NCBI GenBank assembly: GCA_964453435.1
Contig: CAYVQZ010000002.1
Location: forward strand, 179,439-243,438
DNA length: 64,000 nt
Direction: 5' to 3'
Source: an uncultured bacterium
Lineage (GTDB): Bacteria > Abyssobacteria > SURF-5
A program made the position numbers and the translations under genes. This document shows, one piece after another, positions 59,183 to 64,000 of this stretch. Under the pieces are notes generated by a model, which did no database searches, was not told where the DNA came from, and worked only from the letters and a program-made list of their open reading frames with translations. Each line of letters starts with the position of its first letter. Positions within the stretch are counted from its first letter, which is position 1.

Positions 59183-61645
59183 ATGGCTGAAGACCTGAAG
59201 ATATGTCGGAATTGCGGCGCGCCGCTGAGCGAGAACCAGTTGATGTGCCCGGCCTGCGGAACGCGATGGGGCACGGATGCACTCGATGCTGAACCGACGC
59301 AACTGGCCGGCCACGCAAAAATCCAGGGCGAGTCGCTCGATGACGCCGAGACCATACTGAAAGAGCAGGGCATCGGGCCGGGACTTGATTCCACGGTAAC
59401 CAGCGAATCCGCAACCCGTAGCAGGTACCGGATACTCGACACACTCGGCGAGGGCGGTATGGGAGTGGTCTACAAGGCCGAGGACACCAAGCTCCGCCGC
59501 ACCGTCGCGATCAAAAGACTGCTTCCGAAAGCCGAAGCCCAGCAGAAAGGTCTCGACCGATTCCTGCGGGAGGCGCACGTTGTCGCAGGCCTGAACCACA
59601 TCAACATCGTGAATGTCTTTGACATAGAGCGGGACGCGAAGGGTCCGTTCATCGTAATGGAGTACGTGGAAGGAAAGAGCCTGGAGAGGGTTATCGAAGA
59701 GGAAGGGAAGATTGAGGAATCACGGGCGATAGAGCTGTTCAAGCAGGTATGTCAGGCAATCGGGTATGCCCACAGAGTGGATATCATCCATCGAGATATA
59801 AAACCGGCAAACATTATCATTACTTCCGACGGCGTTCCCAAGGTGCTGGACTTCGGGCTGGCGCAGATGGCGACCGAGTCGGATCTCTCGAAGACGGGCT
59901 ACGGCATGGGCACGATGTACTACATGCCGCCGGAGCAGACGAGGGACGCGAAGAATGTCGACCACCGGGCGGATATCTATGCGCTTGGCGCCACGCTGTA
60001 TCACATGCTGACCGGCGAGCGTCCGAAGCTGATAAAGGCCGACAAACTCTCTGCGGGACTGAAGGCTTTGGTCTTCAAATGCATGGAAGAGAATCCGCGG
60101 GACAGATATTTCAGCATATCCGAAATTCTTGTTGACGTAGAGTCTTCCGTTTCGGCAAAAGACTCGAAGCCACCGAGACTGGAGTCGGAGGACGCCTGCC
60201 ACAACTGCGGCTATGTCAACCCCGAAAGCGCGCGTTTCTGCAAGGCATGCGGCACGGGTTTGTTCGAGAAATGCCCGAAATGCGAGGGCGAGAACCGGGT
60301 AGGCTCGAAATACTGCATGTCGTGCGGGCTGAACATTCCTGACTTTAAGAAATCTCAGGAGCATCTGCAGCGCGCCCAGGAATACCTGAAGGAATACAAG
60401 TACTCGCGCGCGATAAAGGAACTGAAGGCCGCGCTGGAGCTCGAGGTCGAGAAGGCGGAGCTTCAAAGCCTTCTCTCGGAAGCCCAGGAAAAACTTTCGC
60501 GGCTTAACGAGCACCGAGAGAAGGCCGAAGTCCAGAAGCAGGATGGAAGCTACGAAGAAGCCGAACAAGCGGTTCTCGCAGCGATTGACTTGGACCCACA
60601 TGATGAAACGCTTCATTTGTTAAAGGGTGACATCCAGAATTTGATTCAGGAGATGCATCTGCGCGAAGCGCGCGCCAAGGCGGAACAAGAAGATTATGAA
60701 GGGGCGCTTTGTGGATGCGATAAGGTGTTCAAGTACAATCCGAACAATCGTGAGGCGAGCGAATTGCGTGACGAAGTTCTCGCCAACACAAAGAGGAAGG
60801 TCGAATTCATCTGTGCGAAGATAAAAGAGAGTCGCGCTCGCATTAACATCGAAGTCGCCGAAGGGCTGCGTCATTCGAGGTATATGCAGGGGGAGAAAGA
60901 ATGCCGACTTGCCGAAGAGGCGTTAAACTGTGGAGAGATAGGAAAGGCGCTTCGTTATTACAATCAATCGCTGGAGCAATATAGCGCTGCGGCGCGGGAA
61001 CTGGCTATTTATGATGCTTTGCCGCTCAAGTTTGAGAACTCTGTCGGCATGGAATTTGTTCTGATACCGGCGGGCGAGTTCATGATGGGCAGCCCTGAGG
61101 GCGAGGGAGACTATGATGAGCGCCCGCAACACAAAGTGATAATAACCAGACCCTTCTATATGCAGACCACTCCCGTTACACAAGCGCAGTGGAAGAAGGT
61201 GATTGGCAGGAAATTCTTGAGGAGAACCAAAAACCCATCGTACTTCAAGGGGGATGACCTGCCTGTGGAGAGAGTCAGTTGGAAAGATGCGCAGAGATTT
61301 CTGGAAAAGCTGAATCAGAAGGAACAAAAGGGAAGGTATCGCCTGCCGACGGAGGCCGAGTGGGAGTACGCATGCCGCGCCGGAAGCGCGACGAAATACT
61401 CATTCGGCAATGACGAGGGCAGGCTTGGCGAGTACGCCTGGTATGATAAAAACTCCGGCGGAAAAACGCACCCGGTGGGCCAGAAGAAGCCGAACGCCTG
61501 GGGCCTGTATGACATGCACGGCAACGTGTGGGAGTGGTGCTCGGACTGGTACGACAAGGACTACTATCGTAACAGCCCTTCACGGAACCCGAAGGGTCCA
61601 ACGAACGGTCGGTATCGCGTGCTTCGCGGCGGCTCGTGGTCTTAG
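59183..61645 (+). CDS. Ser/Thr protein kinase: zinc ribbon + kinase + zinc-ribbon module + TPR + FGE-sulfatase domain interrupted by in-frame TAG
   Basis: Nucleotides 59405-60297 are 100% identical to 55396-56288. FGE domain [18 protein letters not shown]...RVLRGGSWS then TAG at 61643-61645. Confidence 0.8.
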   Translation: MAEDLKICRNCGAPLSENQLMCPACGTRWGTDALDAEPTQLAGHAKIQGESLDDAETILKEQGIGPGLDSTVTSESATRSRYRILDTLGEGGMGVVYKAEDTKLRRTVAIKRLLPKAEAQQKGLDRFLREAHVVAGLNHINIVNVFDIERDAKGPFIVMEYVEGKSLERVIEEEGKIEESRAIELFKQVCQAIGYAHRVDIIHRDIKPANIIITSDGVPKVLDFGLAQMATESDLSKTGYGMGTMYYMPPEQTRDAKNVDHRADIYALGATLYHMLTGERPKLIKADKLSAGLKALVFKCMEENPRDRYFSISEILVDVESSVSAKDSKPPRLESEDACHNCGYVNPESARFCKACGTGLFEKCPKCEGENRVGSKYCMSCGLNIPDFKKSQEHLQRAQEYLKEYKYSRAIKELKAALELEVEKAELQSLLSEAQEKLSRLNEHREKAEVQKQDGSYEEAEQAVLAAIDLDPHDETLHLLKGDIQNLIQEMHLREARAKAEQEDYEGALCGCDKVFKYNPNNREASELRDEVLANTKRKVEFICAKIKESRARINIEVAEGLRHSRYMQGEKECRLAEEALNCGEIGKALRYYNQSLEQYSAAARELAIYDALPLKFENSVGMEFVLIPAGEFMMGSPEGEGDYDERPQHKVIITRPFYMQTTPVTQAQWKKVIGRKFLRRTKNPSYFKGDDLPVERVSWKDAQRFLEKLNQKEQKGRYRLPTEAEWEYACRAGSATKYSFGNDEGRLGEYAWYDKNSGGKTHPVGQKKPNAWGLYDMHGNVWEWCSDWYDKDYYRNSPSRNPKGPTNGRYRVLRGGSWS

Positions 61646-61735
61646 GCCGGGGGCGTGCGGGCGGCGCTCCGGTACGGCGACACGCCGACGGGCGCGAGCA
61701 GCAACGTCGGTTTTCGTTGCGCCCAGGATAAATAA
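61646..61735 (+). other. In-frame post-stop continuation encoding the conserved end of the FGE-sulfatase domain (AGGVRAALRYGDTPTGASSNVGFRCAQDK*)
   Basis: Same frame as the kinase ORF, immediately after the TAG. It matches the paralog C-termini (..[14 protein letters not shown] / ..RSAYRDIGTP..VGFRCAKD). Confidence 0.7.
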
Positions 61736-61799
61736 TTACCACTTAGCTCCTTTAGAACTTTACCAGTTGCAATGCCGCGCAATGCGCGGCATCGAAAAT

Positions 61800-62140
61800 A
61801 TTTTTTGGAAATTGGAATCGTGGAAGAGATTCTTCGGTCGCCGCGCTCCCTCAGAATGACAGGGAGGGTTTTGGTCGAATGAATTCGGATTCATGGTGTG
61901 TAGGTGCGAATTCATTCGCACACGGTGTTGGTCGAATAAATTCGACCCTACGTGAGAACGCGGATATTGGTGCGATTGGCCGAATAAATTCGGCCCTATC
62001 CCGCGAAACGCGGGACTTCGCTATCGCTCAGCGAAATCTGAGAAAATCTGCGGATGAACAACAGATGGTCGAATGAATTCGACCCTACAGGGGGATTGTG
62101 GATTATGCAGGCGCGAATTCATTCGCACAATTGTCTGTCA
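61800..62140. repeat. MITE arm + dense REP cluster + 90-bp hairpin element
   Basis: gaagagattcttcggtcgccgcgctccctcagaatgacagggagg; ggtcgaatgaattcggat; gtaggtgcgaattcattcgcac; ggtcgaataaattcgaccctacg; ggccgaataaattcggccctatcccgcgaaacgcgggacttcgctatcgctcagcgaaatctgagaaaatctgcggatgaacaacagatggtcgaatgaattcgaccctacaggg; gcaggcgcgaattcattcgcac. Confidence 0.85.
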
Positions 62141-62238
62141 TCTGCGTGAATCAGCGGTTAATAAGACAACAAAGGCAAATAACAATATCGGAATCAACCA
62201 CAACCTATGGATATCGGCAATAAAGCAGAGAAAAAATC

Positions 62239-63729
62239 ATGGCTAACATACTGATCGTTGACGACGCCATCGACAACCTAAAACTGGTTCTCGAGCACTC
62301 CCTCGAAGAGCATCAACTCTGTTACGCGAAGAGCGGCTCCGAGGCGCTTTCAGCCTTGCAGGAATCGCCCGACACGGACCTCGTTCTCCTCGATGTCAAG
62401 ATGCCTCCCGAGTTCGCCGACGCGGAAGAAGGTGAGGGAATCGAGGTGCTCAAGCGGATAAAGCAGCTCAATCCATCTCTTCCGGTCATTATGCTTACGG
62501 TGTACCACGACATCGATACTGCGGTCGAGGCAACCAAGGAAGGCGCGTTCCATTATCTTACGAAGCCGCCGGACCTCGACAAGCTTCGCGATGCGATTGA
62601 GCGCGCATTGGAAAATCGAAATCTCAGGGAAGAGGTGGGCCATCTTCGCCGGACCGTCGACGCGCTCACTCGCCTTCGCGGTTCGAAAGGCGCGAAGCGG
62701 GAGAGGTTGTCGTTCGGAGACCTGATTGGTCGGAGCCGGAAGATGCAGTCTCTGTTCGACGAGATCGAACAGGTGGCGGGCATGGATGTGTCTGTGCTCC
62801 TTCTCGGTGAGACCGGAACAGGCAAGGATGTCGTCGCCCGCGAAATCCATCGGCGCAGCCCGAGGAACAAGGGTCCGTTTCTTGCCGTGAACTGTTCCGC
62901 GCTTCCCGAGAATCTCCTCGAAAGCCAGATGTTCGGGCACCGGAAAGGCGCATTCACGGGAGCTGTCCGGGACCAGGTCGGCGATTTCGAGCTGGCGAAT
63001 GCGGGAACCATTTTCCTCGATGAAATAGGCGACATGCCGCTTTCTCTCCAGGCGAAGCTGTTGCGCGTGCTGCAGGACGGGCTGGTGAGGCCGCTCGGGG
63101 CAACCAAACCGGTGAAAGTCGATGTGCGGGTAATAAGCGCGACGAACAAGAACCTGAACGACCTCGTCTCCCGCGGGCTGTTTCGCGAGGACCTTTTCTA
63201 CCGCCTCAACGTGGTCCCCATCAGCATATCCCCGCTTCGGGAGAGACCCGAGGATATCCCCCTGCTCGCCGAACACTTCCTCAAGAAGTTCTCATCGGAA
63301 CTCGGCAAGCGGGTTTCCGGATTCACGAGCGACGCTTTGTCAAAGCTGGAGTCTCACAACTGGCCCGGAAACGTGCGCGAACTGGAAAACATTATCAAGC
63401 GCTCGATTGTTCTGGCCCGCTCCGACACGATTGACGGTTCGGACGTCATACTGGGCGAATCGCCTGCAGTTCCCGTCCGTGATGACATCTGGAAAAGCAT
63501 CCTATCGGGCGAGAATCCCATAGATGACCTCACCAGGTTCCGGAATCTTCATGGAGAGAACGCTTTAAAAGACGTGCTCACCAGGGCAATCCAGGAAAAG
63601 AACGATATCCGCGCCGCTGGCAAGCTGATCGGCTATCTCGGCCATTCCGACGACAAGACACGGTACGATAACCTGCGCAAATGGATCAGCCGCCTCGGCA
63701 TCTCGACGCGGGATATCAGGAGGAGTTAG
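62239..63729 (+). CDS. Sigma-54-dependent Fis-family transcriptional regulator (receiver + AAA+ + HTH)
   Basis: Receiver ILIVDDA...LVLLDVKMP, Walker A GETGTGKD, GAFTGA motif, C-terminal HTH. Confidence 0.85.
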   Translation: MANILIVDDAIDNLKLVLEHSLEEHQLCYAKSGSEALSALQESPDTDLVLLDVKMPPEFADAEEGEGIEVLKRIKQLNPSLPVIMLTVYHDIDTAVEATKEGAFHYLTKPPDLDKLRDAIERALENRNLREEVGHLRRTVDALTRLRGSKGAKRERLSFGDLIGRSRKMQSLFDEIEQVAGMDVSVLLLGETGTGKDVVAREIHRRSPRNKGPFLAVNCSALPENLLESQMFGHRKGAFTGAVRDQVGDFELANAGTIFLDEIGDMPLSLQAKLLRVLQDGLVRPLGATKPVKVDVRVISATNKNLNDLVSRGLFREDLFYRLNVVPISISPLRERPEDIPLLAEHFLKKFSSELGKRVSGFTSDALSKLESHNWPGNVRELENIIKRSIVLARSDTIDGSDVILGESPAVPVRDDIWKSILSGENPIDDLTRFRNLHGENALKDVLTRAIQEKNDIRAAGKLIGYLGHSDDKTRYDNLRKWISRLGISTRDIRRS

Positions 63730-63761
63730 GTCCGCGGTCTGTGATTTTACGAATTTACTTC

Positions 63762-63945
63762 TGTCATTCTGAGGGAGCCGAAGCTCAGGATAAACTTCGT
63801 GAAAGGTCTCGGGTTGCGGAGAAGTTATTGATGTTTGTCATTCTGAGCCAAGCGAAGAATCTCTTTTTTAAAGAAGGGATCGCGCAGAAGATATTCTTCG
63901 GTCGCTGCGCTCCCTCAGAATGACAGGGAAGGCGACTCTCGGGCA
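63762..63945. repeat. Full MITE-like element copy with terminal inverted repeats
   Basis: ctgtcattctgagggagccgaagctcaggataaacttcgtgaaaggtctcgggttgcggagaagttattgatgtttgtcattctgagccaagcgaagaatctc...gatattcttcggtcgctgcgctccctcagaatgacaggg. Confidence 0.85.
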
Positions 63946-64000
63946 ACTATACATAACGACATAAATAATTGCGCATAATCTCCTTTCCTGTTATACTCAA

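Noticed and set aside
61643-61645. TAG reassignment or alternative genetic code as the explanation for the in-frame stop
   Set aside because: Other genes in the window terminate with TAG (e.g. the radical SAM gene at 419-421), so standard code 11 is more parsimonious.
38160-62140. Possible CRISPR array, considered because of many short palindromic repeats
   Set aside because: The repeats are imperfect and variably spaced, occur in both orientations, and are not separated by unique spacers of uniform length. No cas genes are present. A REP/MITE interpretation fits better.

Overview
This is a roughly 58-60% GC bacterial chromosomal window with no rRNA, tRNA or CRISPR. It contains five blocks.

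- **Block 1 (1-2.3 kb):** a truncated TetR regulator gene and a B12-binding radical-SAM gene on the minus strand, with a perfect 8+4+8 palindrome upstream as a candidate operator.
- **Block 2 (2.5-9.2 kb):** a Qrc/ACIII-like membrane respiratory module on the plus strand. It comprises a pentaheme cytochrome c, a molybdopterin-oxidoreductase-family subunit with an atypical S-R-N-x-F-L-K Tat motif, a 4Fe-4S subunit, an NrfD-like membrane subunit, a small TM protein, and a periplasmic octaheme cytochrome c built from a tandem tetraheme duplication. A signalling cluster follows at 9.7-15.8 kb (sigma54 NtrC-type activator, HDOD protein, GAF hybrid histidine kinase, receiver-GAF-PP2C phosphatase).
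- **Block 3 (16.1-24.4 kb, minus strand):** a type I restriction-modification operon, hsdM-hsdS-[TIR-like gene]-[hsdR5'/hsdS3' chimeric remnant]-[four-helix-bundle gene]-hsdR. All genes overlap or are translationally coupled, and HsdM carries an inserted YhbQ-like GIY-YIG nuclease domain. This defence island is the most novel-looking part of the window.
- **Block 4 (25-32.5 kb):** an HDOD-GGDEF protein, a modE-like regulator with modABC molybdate transporter genes and a strong promoter, an MFS transporter, and a decayed group II intron whose intron-encoded protein is internally deleted.
- **Block 5 (32.7-63.9 kb):** an unusual signalling island. It holds six paralogous Ser/Thr kinases, each opening with an N-terminal zinc ribbon and carrying varied domain combinations (ER/K-rich helices, TM segments, TPR, FGE-sulfatase domains, SPOR). 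Interspersed are four other zinc-ribbon-led proteins (transglutaminase-like, SPFH-like, FHA, HATPase_c), three envelope lipoproteins (LPP20-like, PEGA, LpoB/CsgG-like) behind a candidate sigma54 promoter, a REP-associated tyrosine transposase (RAYT), and a second sigma54 activator. Its intergenic regions are packed with at least 25 REP palindromes bearing the GTAG/CTAC tetranucleotide, a 90-bp composite hairpin element and a MITE-like element with ~38-bp inverted ends.

The kinase paralogs show an 893-bp exact segmental duplication, a ~1.2 kb duplication at ~95% identity, a low-GC foreign-looking tract with a decayed kinase N-terminus fragment, and one paralog interrupted by an in-frame TAG inside a conserved domain.
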